DNA of 64,000 nt from Selaginella moellendorffii (lineage: Eukaryota; Plantae; Lycopodiophyta), in NCBI RefSeq assembly GCF_000143415.4, contig NW_003314293.1, positions 1 through 64,000 of the forward strand. Direction: 5' to 3'. Within the stretch, counting starts at the first letter, position 1, and every line of letters starts with the position of its first letter. Shown here piece after piece: positions 36,623 through 49,722 of this stretch. The notes beneath the pieces were generated by a model, which was not told where the DNA came from, did not search any database, and saw only the letters and a program-made list of their open reading frames with translations. A program made the translations under genes and the position numbers.

Positions 36623-37296
36623 TGTAAGTTTCTAAATTTAGATTTTCTAGAAAGTCATCCAACCCAATACTATTCAAACTTAAAGACACTTAATCATCCC
36701 AAGACCTTTACCCAATTAGAAAAAAGAGTGCACTCTTGTTCATAGGCACTTTTTCTATATATTTAAACCTTTATTGATTGTTTTCTTAAATCATTCTTTT
36801 TAATTGCTTACAATTTATCACACTTTCCTATAAGTTCATGCCCTCATGAATAGAAGCTGAGAATTATAACTCTTTCGAGAGCTTCACTTGCTTGACACCC
36901 TACCCCTCGGGTTGAGCACAGTTATAGCAAATTAAATTTGTCAAATATCAATCTTAAAATGTGGTATGATTCCCTTAGTTAATTAATAGAGTTGGACTTG
37001 AAACAGCTCTGATATCAAATGTAAACTTTTGAATTTAGAGTTTTTAAAAGGTCACCTAACCCAATACTACTTAAACCCTATTTAATTAAGTACAGATGCT
37101 AAACCAAATTTTGTAATATTTGGACAATAAAGGATTTTATTTGAACAAACATTGTTCAAAGTAAGGATACTTAACCTCAACTATTCCAAAATTTTTACCC
37201 GATTGAAAAAAAAGGTGCATTTTTTTCATGGACCTTTTCTTTTATATTTAAACCCTTATAGATTATCTCTTAAATCATTCTTTTTAGTTTTTTAAA
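36623..37296 (-). mobile_element. Complete but decayed Cassandra-like TRIM
   Basis: LTRs 36623-36812 and 37020-37296 (the latter with an ~84-bp insert) are homologous to 35958-36151. PBS TGATATCAGAGC at 37017-37006, ~200-bp non-coding interior, flanks TCTTT / TCTTC. Confidence 0.75.
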
Positions 37297-37849
37297 TCTT
37301 CCACTTATTTGAGTAAAGTTTGCTGAACACTTGGGCCATATATAAGTAGGACAATAATGGTCTTACAACTCCTATCATCATCCATCTGCAAAATACAAAG
37401 TGGATGATTTAATATTAATTTGTTTTCATAATCTTATGGTACATGGTTTGTATAAAGGGTTCCTTGCTAAGTAAAAGGGATTGTATTGAATGTTGTGGCA
37501 AGTTGAATTGCAAATTTATGAGGTTTAACATAACGTCCAATAGGCCAATCCTTTAGAAATTATAACGACTGAAATGTTTTATACAAAAGGATAAGAAACA
37601 ACTAATATTATTTATAGATCCACTAATGCCTCTTTATAATATTTCATCAGATCCTGACCTATCCACCAAAGGATCTTGCTTGTTTTCCATCTTTTCTGAG
37701 AGGATGGGATGATAGAAAGTCTAAATATATAATTATAATGCCATATATTAATATTAGCATAATGGAATTTTAATAGCTATCGGATTGGTTTCAATTTATA
37801 CAACTTACTCCTATACATAAATTAGGGTTTTTTGGCTAATTGATATGCA

Positions 37850-38468
37850 CATTTTTATATTCCCTTTCCATATTCTATGCACTCATATATCTATATTTTG
37901 TTTTTTATTATCAAGTTTTAAATTTTATATTTTAAATATTTCATAATTTTAAACATTATAAATAATATAATTACTATTAGATACTATATTTTATATAATT
38001 TTCTCAATATAATTTTAAATATATTAAGGTTTAGCTAGAGTGCTAGCAAAAAAATATTTATTAGTATAATATTTTTTTATATGAATATATATTACTTAAA
38101 ATTTATTTTAAAATTAAATGTTTTATTTTCAGAACTTATTTCATTTAAATTTTAGTTCAATCTCAACCTGAAATAAATTTTTATAAAGAATATATTGTAA
38201 AAAATTTGTAATAAGAATGTAATGTTTTAAAAATTATATATATATAATATAATTAAAATTATATAAAATTATAAATTATAAATTATAAATTATAAAATTA
38301 TATATTTATATATTTTTATTTTTATTTATTTATTTATATATATATTTATTTATATATTTATTTATTTATTTATATATATATATTATTTATATTTATATAT
38401 ATTTATATAAAATTAAAATTATATAAAATTATAAATTATAAAATTATTTATAAAATTATATATATATA
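37850..38468. repeat. Extremely AT-rich low-complexity spacer between the TE block and the gene block
   Basis: Almost pure A/T, with TAAATTA and TTTA/TA runs. Confidence 0.85.
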
Positions 38469-38670
38469 ATGTCTTAGGCGATTTCCCAATAAGATATTAC
38501 AAAGAATATCTTATCGGGAAATCGCCTAAGACATTAGATATATATATCTAACAAAAATATATTATAAGAAATGTGAAACATAAGGTCGTGGGATCGAAAC
38601 CTGTCTCAACCAATTTATATCTCGATGGTATATTCTTTGTAATATCTTATCGGGAAATCGCCTAAGACAT
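38467..38670. repeat. Foldback/MITE-like structure with 41-bp inverted repeats
   Basis: 38469-38509 and 38630-38670 are inverted (1 mismatch). 38467-38536 also forms a near-perfect hairpin. Confidence 0.8.
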
Positions 38671-38803
38671 CATAGCCTGTGTGTGAGTACGTGCGTGTGT
38701 ATGGCGAACGTATGAGTGTGGATTCTAGGGTTTCTCCAAATCGACTGGGATTTGAGGATTCCTTCCGCTGCCTTAGGGCTCCAGAAGCGCAGCGCTTTGG
38801 CGC

Positions 38804-41469
38804 ATGGCGGCCGTGGCGCAGGCTCCCTCCAGCTCCAGCAGGGGCATCGGCGTCGGGAGCACGGCGGGATTTGGCATCGGCGCACAGCATTTCCAGCGAT
38901 CGTCGTCGGCAGCCGGCGCTCCCAAAGGTAGCAGCAGCACGGGTCTGGTTTGCTCCCACAAGGGGCATTTGTCGCCCTTGTGCGAGTCCCCGCGGCAGCA
39001 TGCTAGGGTATGGCCTCGGAGTGGGAGATTTCTGGGCGATGGGGTGAATTGCCGCTGCAAGAGCGAGGATTTCGATGAACAGCAGCCTTCTTCTACTGGG
39101 GATGGCGAGGCGGCAAATGCCGATGCATGGGACAGGAGGATTGAGTCTGCTCTAGCGGGGATCAGAGCCCCGCTGCTGAGCATGCTTAGCATCGCTGGGA
39201 AGAAGTTCCAGCAGTATTTATTGAAGCCGCGAAGCCTCACAACTTTGGAGGTTGTGGAAGACGTCCAACTTGTCAAGGAGGAGACCGAATGGGATCGTTG
39301 GCAGTCGTTCTTCCACGAGGTTGAGGAGCAGGAAAATCTTTTGTCTGTACTAAAGGTACGTTTTGTTCGTTTTTTTCTTTTCCTTTTTTTTCTTGTTTCT
39401 TATCGTGGCAATTGTCGTTCATGCAGTTTGATTTGGAGGAAGCAGTTGAAGAGGAAGATTACAGTGAAGCTACTAGGATAAGAAACGAAATGCTAGATAT
39501 TAGAAGGAGGGACACTCTTGGCCAACTCATGGGTGATTTGAAGGTAGAAGCCTTTTCGTTTCTTCGATTTACTTGAACGGGGTTTTTACGATCCAGACTG
39601 CGTTGGAAGAAGAACGCTACGAGGATGCGGCTAGAATTCGGGATGAAACTGATGCTGGACTGGTTTGTAGTTTCCCTCTTTTGTTTTTTGTTTTTCTTGT
39701 GTTACAAATGAGGAAGTGCTTGTAGGTGGGATGGTGGGCTGGAGCGGCAGAAGAGGGTAACGATCCATTTGGCCGCATTATCAATATCACTTCTTCGCAA
39801 GGGAGGCTTGTTGCTAGGGGTTACAGTGCTAGGTAAAGACTCATACTCACTTCACTAGACTCATTTGTAGTTCAGGCAGCTTGTGACAGCAGCGCCGGGC
39901 GTGCCTCTCTTTGAAGTGTTCTTCAAGAAGGATGATGACAATGGTTACCAAAGCCAGGTACTAGTTTTGTAGCGTTTTTCTCAACTTCGCTGACGCATCG
40001 TTTTATCCCAGGCTGTATATCTGCAACGAGAAAGGACTGGGGCCGACACGACAGCAACTGGATCTGAAAACAGCGGTGAGAAGAATGAAGATGGCGAAGG
40101 GGATGACAAGGTGTCAGACGATCTCAAGTCAGATGAAAAAGACTCTCTCGACGAGGGCTTGAACAGGATTCTTGCTTTTCTGAAAGGAAGAATGCCGGAT
40201 GTGAAGCTTCGAGTCTTTCAAGCCACGGAGCCGGATAAAGTAGAGAAAGACTTGCCCAAGATTGGCGATCAGCTCAAATCGTCAGAGGACAACAAAAAAG
40301 AAGAGGAACTGGGATCTTCAGACGATGGGAAATCCCCTTTGGAAAACCAGCTACAGGAGAAGCAAGGCAAGAATGCAGTGACCGCAGAAGAGCTTGTTGA
40401 GATGAGCGTCAGATTGCTCATCGGGCGGCTGATGCAAAATGTTCCAGAAGACAAAGTACCGGTTCTTCCAGTCAGGATACCCGCGAAGATCGTGAACAAG
40501 GAGAGAGACAGTTTCGTCTTTCACATCGAAGACCTTTTGGAAGAGAAGATCTCTACGACTGACGCGATGTCGTCTTGGAGACTTGCCGTAACAGCGCAGC
40601 CGTCCGAGTTGACGTCCGAGCATGCCAGCAAGGTGTTGTCTCAAGCCTTGCCAGTGAAGGTGACTTTGCTCTCGTTTTCTAACAGCTTCTAGCATCCTAA
40701 CGCAGGTTTTTTGCTTTCTAGGTGTCTAAGGAAGTGGCAGACATTATCCGGCTTGCTGTCAATTACGCACAACGCCGGCGTGGTCTAGCTAAAACCACAG
40801 CTTTCCAGCGCATCCGCCTAGCAAAGTCTACTGCCGACCCTTTCAACGCATTGTATGTCGGCACTTTGGCACCTTACAGCTCCCAGGTGATTCAACTCAG
40901 ACAGAAATACGGGAATTGGCAAGAAGATGACAAGAGCAACATCGACAGCGACGAATTCGAGTTCACTGAGTACGTGGAGGCGGTGAAACTGGTGGGAGAT
41001 CTTCACGTTCCAGCCGGACAGGTACGTTGTTTTCTTCATCTCCTTTTTCTTAACTTCAATCACTTCAAAATCGTGTAGGTGATCTTCCGAGCTAAGACTG
41101 GTAGAGGTTCTCGGCTTCCACACCGTGGCGTGTACCCCGACGAGCTTGGAGTGGTCAGTTTTGCGTAGTTCCAATCTTATCGATGTTTCTAAGCCCCGCT
41201 ACTGATACTCAGGTGGCCAGATTCAAAGGCCGGGGGAAAGTGGCCGAGCCAGGCTTCAAGAACCCGCATTGGATCGATGGCGAGTTGCTACTCTTGGATG
41301 GAAAGGTAAAGCAAGCAGAGCTGTTGCAAGTAAATCGTGTTTCATGTCATTCTTGCAGCAGGGCGTTGGTTTCTTGAATGGAGCTCAGCTGTGCTTTGTC
41401 TACTCGGTTCCAGGCCAGCCTTTTCTCATCCTGTTCAGGAGAGCTATGATCGAAGAGAACAGCTTGTGA
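38804..41469 (+). CDS. EX1: EXECUTER family protein (chloroplast singlet-oxygen signalling; UVR domains + DUF3506), multi-exon
   Basis: Transit-like N-terminus; [15 protein letters not shown]; UVR repeats ([23 protein letters not shown]); VGWWAG..DPFGRII; [19 protein letters not shown]; [10 protein letters not shown]; [15 protein letters not shown]1 vs EX2 not resolvable. Confidence 0.9.
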
Positions 41470-41769
41470 AAGAGGAGGAGAGAGCTGCAGTTTTGAAAAT
41501 GATCCTTGTATTTAAAAGGCACTTTCATCACCTATTTGTTTTTGTCAATGCTGGATCATCCAATACGCACCTTTGATGGCCTCTCTTACATTTGGACAAC
41601 TAGTATAAGAGAACAAAAATCATACCAGGCTAGGAACAAAGCTTGAAACATTGGACCACCAGCATTTAGAGTTGAAATGATCCTCGTATTTAATCGAAGA
41701 GCTTTCTGCTGGTCCATTAAAAAAACCTAGCATGAGAACTTGTGTAAGATATAAAAAATCCATACCACG

Positions 41770-43356
41770 TTAGGAACAAAGCTTGAAACTTTGGACCACA
41801 TCTCTGCAAACTTCCACCAGCATTTGGTTATCTTCGTGCTCCAAATCGCCTTCCAACTCGGCGATTTTACTCGATGCCCGCTCCACCAGACCATCGGCCA
41901 GTGCCGGATTTTCAGCTTCCATCACCAGCTCCAACAGATGCCTGGAACCGCTACAAACCAAATCAGTCCGTGCGAAGAAAGCCGACAAGTTACTCACCGC
42001 CCGGGGCTCTTCGAAACGCTGGTCGAGAGATCAATGCCCGCATCAGACCACTGCCAGCAGCAACTCCTCACCGAAAACTCCACGATGTAGCTCCAGCAAA
42101 CGGCCAAACAGTGGCCGGGAGGTTGCGTCAAGTGTACCAGAACCAAGTCTCCAACCGCGGCTCTCAGCCGGTCCCGATCGCTTAAAGCCGCAGAAGGATT
42201 CGGTTTGCCATCACCCAGCACCAACCGATGGAGCAACAGCAGGCGAGGAGTGACCGCTTTGGTTTTGCGAACGATCATCTCGCGAACACCCCTGTCTCCT
42301 GCCGTGGCGATGGCGCTTAGCTTGAACAAACTCTGGACTGCCTGCCCTTCCAGCTTAGAGTCCAGCTGAAGCAATGGTTCCACCAAAGGATCCACCACGA
42401 AGTCCTCCACAGCCCCCGGCTTGCGTCGAGCAATGGCACACACCATCGCAATGGACGTGTGATACATGTTGCTGACTGCTCGAGCGGCCGACTCGCCAGC
42501 ATCACTGGAGTTCGTTGTTGGCAGGGAGATGATCTCGAGGACTTGCGAGCAAACGCTGCTGTAGTACTTGTCGGGATTGCCGACGAACTTTGGGCACTTT
42601 GCGAGATGAGTGGCTACTCTCTTCTGGACGGAGACGTCACCCTGGAAGCTTTTGATCAAGGCTTTGCATCGATCGGGACTTGAGAAGTAGTAATACCTGT
42701 GCTGCATTGCCGACCAGCCTTTCCAGCACCGCCGCTACGCCACCTTGACGCATGACAAGCCTGGACAGAATTTTTCCTGCGTGAGCCTCCAGCCATGGCG
42801 GTGGAGAGTTCTCTTTGGCCAGCAATATCATCAGAGCCTCGACTGCATGAGCCACTGGTAAAGCCTCGACGAGAGAATGGATCTTTCCAGACGTCGCAGC
42901 TTCGTCGTCACTGTTGTGACTTATCTGGAAAATCCCTGCCCACAAATCTGGAAGATGGTGCGAGAGAACGATCTCTCGCAGCTCACCGCCCTCTGAATCC
43001 ACCACAAGCTCCCAAAGAAGCTCCACGGATTTGTCCAATGCATCGAAACCTTTTTCAAGTTCTTTGATCTCATCTTCCCTGTGCGGATCGATCTCGGACG
43101 CTGCTGCCGCGGCGCCAGCGATCGCGGAAGGATTTCTAAACCTCTTCCGGAGAGGAATCCCAACGCCAGGACTCAAATGCGGGTACACGCACCGCCGGAC
43201 TAGAATTTCCATCACGGCCATCACTGCTTGACGATCCCCACCCCCAAGACTGGAATGCCGCAGCCTACGAACAAAATCTAGAGCTTGCCTCGGATCGACA
43301 CACTCGCCCGACGAAGAGATTGGAAGGCGCTGCCACTGGCGCCCATCGCCCGCCAT
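41770..43356 (-). CDS. TANGO6: TANGO6/RTP1-like protein, N-terminal part only (~495 aa)
   Basis: LSRLVMRQGGVAAVLE and ATHLAKCP...DKYYSSVCSQVLEII motifs. Introns 42696-42642 and 41997-41951 join the three ORF pieces in frame. Confidence 0.6.
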
Positions 43357-43992
43357 GGAAGGTAATGGAAGAGCCCTAAAAACCCTAAACCCTAGTTGTT
43401 AGTCGGCACAAATCTGGCGGGACCCAACACGGTTGAGATGTCCCAAACGGACGGCTGCGATTACCGGGATTTGTAATTTAAACGCCGACACCTTACCGCA
43501 CAGAAAGTTCTACCCACCGGCCACATCGTGGCGGAAACCGCCAGGTGCCAGTACCTCTACGTTGCCCCGCCCTGGTGACCGGTGGCTCCGGGCACCCTCT
43601 CTCTGGTGAACGCGGCCAAGGAGAGAAAAGAGAGAATGCCTGGCATTGATCGCGGCCTCCCCGGTCCTAGGCGCCACCGATCGATTGATCCGCGCAGCAA
43701 TCCACACATCCCTTCCCTCTCGCGAGCGCGCTCTCCTCCTACTCCCAATTCTCCGCGGCTGATCGATTGATGCCGCCATTGCCCGCCAGGCATCCGCGAG
43801 CGCCGAGATCGATCGCGAAATATCGGGTAAGAGCACAGAATCCCCAAGAATCCAGTGGTCGTCGAGCACAGTGGCTACCTCGCGATATTTAGGGTTCTTG
43901 AATCCGCGAGGAGGACCAAGGATGGAATGCAGGAGGAGCTGGTAAATCATGTGCGCACGCGGCGATCTCAGCAGCACACGAGGAAGAAGATC

Positions 43993-46304
43993 ATGAAATC
44001 CGGCAGCGCAGCCGCCGGTGGTGTCCTCCATCCAGTCCTGCGGAGATCCCTCACCAACGCCGCCTCCACTCCGCGCAAGAGCAGCGGCAGCAGCAGCCCG
44101 GAGCGCGGCGGCGGCGGCGGCGTTCTCATCGGCCCGGGGCCGCTCATCCGCCTCTGCCTCCACGCCGTGGCCTGCATTGCCAGCCTCGTCATCGGCTTTC
44201 GATTCTCGCGCGAGACGCTGCTGGTGCTCGTCATCAAGCAGCCCGAGCTCGCGATTCTCAAGGCGCCACAGCAGCATGTCCAGCAGCAGCCCCGCGAGCT
44301 CATCGACGTGGGGATCAAATTCCCATATGTGGAGCCCGGCCTTGGAGTCCGGGATGGAGTCCGAGATGGCGGAGGTCGGCTACCCGAGGCGAGGACCAAG
44401 AGCGGCCGCGTCCACGTTGGTCGCCACGAGATTCTCATCCGGCCATGGCCACACCCCGACTCCGCGGAGATTTACCGAGCCCACGCGCTGCTGGAGAGGG
44501 TCCAGGTGGAGCAGCAGAGCTTGTATGGGCCCAAGGAGAGGAAGACGGTGATAGCGATCACGCCAACTTTCGCCAGGACTTTCCAGGCGATCCATCTCTT
44601 GGGTGTCATGCACACGCTGCGAGCGGCTCCTGGGCCGGTGATCTGGATTGTTGTCGAGGCTGGCGGGCGATCGAACGAGACGGCTTCTATTCTCGCTTCC
44701 TCGAGGCTGGAGTTTGTGCACCTGGGGGTGAAGGACGCGATGCCTGTGGCGTGGGAGCAGCGGCGGAGAATGGAGACGAGGCTCCGGATCGAAGGATTGA
44801 GGTACTTTTTCTCTCCACCTTTTTTTTTTTCTTTCGTAAGCATTTTTTTCTTTTCATCTTCTTCTTCTTCATGTGCATTATTCGTCTTTGTGCTGAGGTT
44901 TACGTGACAATTTTTGTTGTTCTTCTTGCTCTGCTCGAGACAAATTCCTTCTTCATGTGCATTGATCTTTGAGTAAGTCGTTCGTGTTCGTGCTTGAATT
45001 TCTCGAGAGTTCTTCCATGTGCATTAAGTTTTTTATTTTTATTTTCTTGTCCCACAACTGCTGAGAATGAAATGCTTCCTGCTTGGCGTAAGTGACAAGC
45101 AACAGTGAGCCCGAGTGGGTATAATGCAGCCGTGAGTCGTTGCTGTTGCTTCAAGGTCGTGGGTCATTGATTGATCGACACAGAACGATTATTTGGTGCA
45201 CTGGAGTGCTTTTCCACGTGAGTTTGTGTGTCATTTTCCCCGAACATCCATCCGATCATTCTTAAGCACTGCTGACTAAACAGATCCTAACACTCTTTTC
45301 ACTTGGCTTGCTTTTTGTTTCCTTTCCGCAGTCACGTGAGACGCGAGAAGCTCGACGGCCTGATCCTGTTCACCGACGACAGTAACGTGCACAGCCTCCA
45401 GCTCTTTGACGAAATCCAAAAGGTGAAATGGATCGGAGCTTTGTCAGTTGGACTTTTAGAAACCGGGTCAGGAGCAACGGAGACGGCGAGCTCGATGGTA
45501 GCAGCAGCATCATCCGCAAAACCGAGATTGCCAGTCCAAGGCCCGGCTTGCAACGAGACATGTCACGTAGTTGGCTGGCACGTACTCCGGCCGTCTCCAG
45601 TCGATGGAGAGGACGACTCCTCGTCCTCGTTCACGGACGTTGCCGGGGGCTTGACGGACGTGGCAACGCACCTCGAGTGGTCGGGCTTTGTCATCAACTC
45701 GAGAGCAGTGTGGGACGAGGCTGAGAGCGAGAACGAGGAGGAAGAAGCATCATCATCAACGATGGAAGACGAGCAACAAGAAGAAGACGCAGAGAGAGCC
45801 TCGACAAGGAGGAAGCCCGAGTGGATCAACGAGTGGAAGGAATGGATAAGCGAGGACAGTGGAAGCCCGCTGAGGCTGGCGAAGGACCAGGGATTCATCG
45901 AGGCTCTCGGCAACTGCGGGCGAGAGGTGATGCTGTGGTGGATCCGGGTGGAAGCCCGAGCCGATAGCCGATATCCTCCCAGGCAAGTTGCTCTATGCCC
46001 GACTCGGGGATACCATATATACCAGCTAACGCGTTTACCACACAGGTGGTCTTTAACTTCGCCACTGGAGATCACTGTCCCGGCACAGCGCACGCCGTGG
46101 CCCGAGTTTGTGGAGACTGAATCCACAGGAGGCGCGGGATCGGCGAGCCGGAAGATGGATCCGTCAGAGAAGCGTGCTCGATCCAAGGCTGCGCGTCGAG
46201 CGAAGAGACAAAGAGACTCCAAAGTAGGAGTCGATGGTGGTGGTGGTGGCGGTGGCGGCGGTGGTGGCGGCGGTGGTGGCGGCGGTCATCAGAAACTTTC
46301 ATAA
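43993..46304 (+). CDS. IRX14: Glycosyltransferase family 43, IRX14-like xylan xylosyltransferase
   Basis: LHAVACIASLVIGFRFSR TM segment, VHVGRHEILIRPWPHPD, ITPTFARTFQ, DDSN, LEWSGFVINS, WWIRVEARADS, PLEITVPAQRTPWP. Introns 44802-45331 and 45983-46045 (GC-AG). Confidence 0.93.
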
Positions 46305-47331
46305 AGTAATAAAAAACGAGGTACCGTGTCTCTTTCTCTCTCAAATTCTTTTGTACTATCGCGTAATAAGCGGAGATCGCCACCGAGGTTTTGCTTTTCT
46401 TCTTTTTTTTTTTTTTTTGTCTTTGGTTTTGTTTTGTTCTTCCAGTCAGTGTATATAAAAAAAATTCTTAGAAATCTCTGTTCTTCCACCAGCTGGAGAA
46501 GCTAGCTATCTTCTTTTACAAAAACGCTTTGATTCTCTCTATAATCTTCCACCAGCTGGAGAGAGAACACAGGGACACACACACATCTCCTCTCTTTGGA
46601 GTTTTCTTCCTTGTTTTGTTCTTCCGCCAGCAGCTAGAGATAGATAGAGCGATGATCGTCGGTAGATCCTTCGAGATGGAAAAGAAAACCGGCAATCTCT
46701 GTTCTTCCATCGATCGATTAACTCGGAATGGTTGTCTTGTCTCATCTCGTTCTCGCTGGAGCTGCCAAGTGATTTCCCAGTCTCTCTCCTTCCTCCATAC
46801 CAAACGACAAGACTAGTACCGCCGAACCATCCCCCCTTTCCTCTCAATTCCTCCATCTTTCTTTCCCTCGAGGGATCTAAAAACCATCTCACTCTTTGTC
46901 AATTCTCTCCTCTCATTCTTCCTTTCTCTTCCCCAAATCCAAACAATCACGCCTCCTCTTTCTTTCCTCCTAAGATCCAAAACCATCACTCTCCCTGTCT
47001 CCCTGCTACTAAATGCCGGGAATCGCTACGCGCATTAAGTCTCTAAAAGTTGACCCACCTCCTCTTTCGTTTTGAGGCGTCACTGCTTTTGCCGCTTGCC
47101 AGTCCCCTTCTTCATCCACTTGCTACCTTTAGAAAACCCAATCCAAACACACGATTAATCACCAAAACCGGGAAAAGGCTCGACAAAGCTCTTACCACCA
47201 CAAAACAAGTCATCGCCGCCCTCTACATTTACACTCTCGCGGTGGACAGAATATAAACGATGGCCGCTTTTGCCGCCTCTCATCCTGTTAAAAACACGTA
47301 CACAGCTCCCAGAGTATACTCATACCGGAAG

Positions 47332-49722
47332 CTACGAATCCTGCGTGTCGGCCAGGATCGTCAGCCTCCTCACCGACTTCACAAAATTCCTGCGTCGGAC
47401 CAAAAGCCACGAGGCACAGATGAGCACAAGCTATGAAAAATGGAAAGCGTCCAAAGCTTACGCGTAAGGCTCGCCGCCAGTGTGAATCGTGGATCCCTCC
47501 GAGTCCTTGTAGACAACACGGCCGGAGATCTTCGCCATATCGACGCAAAACACCGTGGCCAGCTGCTTGTAGAGCTCGTCGTAGGAGCCAAACGACGACA
47601 AGTCGAGCGTCCGCTTAACGTCCCCGCTCTCCATAAACACCCTGCACTGCGATGATTCCTCGTCGCTGCTGCTGCCTTCGAGCCTGTCCTTCTTCTCCCA
47701 CGATAAAACGCTGGCTTGCTTCTTTAACCACTTCGAGCCGCCAACGTCACCGCCGTGCCCAGACTCCCCGTTCTCCTGCAGAAGAACGTTTTGCTGGACA
47801 GCGTCGTTATGGCTATCCCCCGACGAGCTCGCGCTGGGCTGCTGAGAAGGCACGTTGTGCCTAGACGTTGCCTCGGAGGAGCTCCCAGCCGAGTTTTGCT
47901 GCTCTTGCACTCTCGCCGTCTCGATCTTCTTCCCAAATAGCAAAAATGTCCCCTGCTTGTTGCAGGAGCTCTCTGTGCAGCTGACACCCGAATCGTTCTG
48001 AGAGCCGTTGCATAGCACCGTTGTTACAAGAGTCCGCTGCTCTCCACCACCGCTACCTCCTTGCGGAAACACGTTGCCTAGTCTAAGATCTGTAGCACCA
48101 TAACCCAGCGTGGCTGCAACAGGGATGTCCTGGGCTTGGTACCTGTTCTCCAACAAGCCAGAGTGAATTCGAGTTGGCTGACACTCCGAGAATGTGAGCC
48201 CGTAAAGCCTCTCATGCCTGGCTCCCTGCATGCCTGCAGGAACATCATCTGAAAGACCATGCCAAGGATTTGCCTGCCCCAAGACACCGTTGGCAAATGT
48301 TGTCGTCGGCAATCCCGAAAAGCTTTGACCCTCGGGTGCGGGGGTCTGCCGAAACTTCTTCCGCGGCAGTGAAAACGGTGGAAGCTGCATGGGCAGAGTT
48401 GACACCAGCTCCACTTGCCACGGGCTTACACGACTCACGCCTTGCAGAAGATCAGGCTCGTCCCAAGCCACCTGTACATCCGGATGAAGTTAAAATCGAT
48501 AACAAAACAAAAAAAAAAGACTGAACAGTACCTGAAGTACACGCCACGGCGAGCTCGGCCAGAGTATTGGATCCGCGGCTTGAACAGCAGATATAGTCCC
48601 CATGAACCAGCTGATTCGTGAAGAGTCTTCGGTCTCAAACGCCATCTTGAACCTCATTCCAGCGTACCATCCGTGACTCAGAGCCGCCCTCACAGTTTGA
48701 GCCCGGACACAAAACTCCGCCGTGCTAGCTCTCGGATAGTAGACAACCTCGAACGCCTTGCCAGATGCCGCAAGCGTGGCCGCGTCCAGGACCGACTTAG
48801 CTGTGACTTTGGCCCGGTTCCGAGTAAAACTTCCACCACCATTACCACCACCACCGCCAGCAGATCTCGAGGATCCATTCTCTCCCATCAGAGTCCCGTC
48901 CGAGAGACCAGTGTCCATCGGTGGCCGCAATTCCCAGCGGGAACTCGAGCGGCTGCTGGCCGAGTGCCACAGCAAAGCATCCGCATTTCCGCTGCCGCCA
49001 CCCCTCATCGAGCGACGAACACCCACGCAGAGCTCCCCGGAATTGGATCGTAGAAAGACAATCGCGTCCCCGGCAACAAGCTTCTTGTGGTTGACGAAAG
49101 TACTCCACCCAGTGGTGAGGAGATGGCGTCGAGGAGTACCCCTGTAAATGTGCCGGAACTTCCACACCTCGCCATGGACGTCCTTGGCGAGCACGGTCTG
49201 GACGGGGGGATCCACCGAGTAGTCTAGTCGGGGAAAGATCGTCTCGGCACAGTAGCGGGGGACCGAGAAGCCGCCGCCGTTGTTGGCATCGCTCTGGGTG
49301 AGAGTCTTGGCGAAAGAAGCCGGCTTCTCTGGCGATGGCGATAGCGCTGCTGCTCGATCGTTGTCCTCGTCGCTGCCGCTCTCGGGATGTAGTCTCAAGC
49401 TCGCGAACACCTCGTCCGTCTCCTTGTCCGCCAAGAACTTGACCGAGAGAACCCGGCATGGAACCGTGCCGGCGGGGCCGAGCGCGCGAGGAAAATCTGG
49501 CGACGACGCCGCTTGCTCGGCGTGGCCTTGCGGAAAATAGATGATCTTGGAGCCGACGGTCGGGAGCTGGACCATGCTTCCGGCGCACGCCTGCCATAGC
49601 TGCTGATCCAGATGCTTCTCCTCTCCACCTCCTCGGATTTCTTCACGATCTCGTGTTCCTCGACCTTTCCCCAGATCGCTGGCATCCCGGCTGCTCATCG
49701 GCCCCGGGCTCTGTCCCGGCAT
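47332..49722 (-). CDS. ARF: Class C auxin response factor (ARF10/16/17 clade): B3, ARF and PB1 domains
   Basis: LDQQLWQACAG, SFAKTLTQSDANNGGGFSVPRYCAETIFP, PAGMQGARH (miR160 site), LLFGKKI, CRVFMES PB1. Exons 49722-48532, 48471-47462 and 47389-47332. Confidence 0.96.
48215..48235 (-). promoter_or_regulatory. miR160 target site in the ARF mRNA
   Basis: Plus strand TGCCTGGCTCCCTGCATGCCT vs miR160 UGCCUGGCUCCCUGUAUGCCA (one G:U wobble, one terminal mismatch). Confidence 0.95.
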
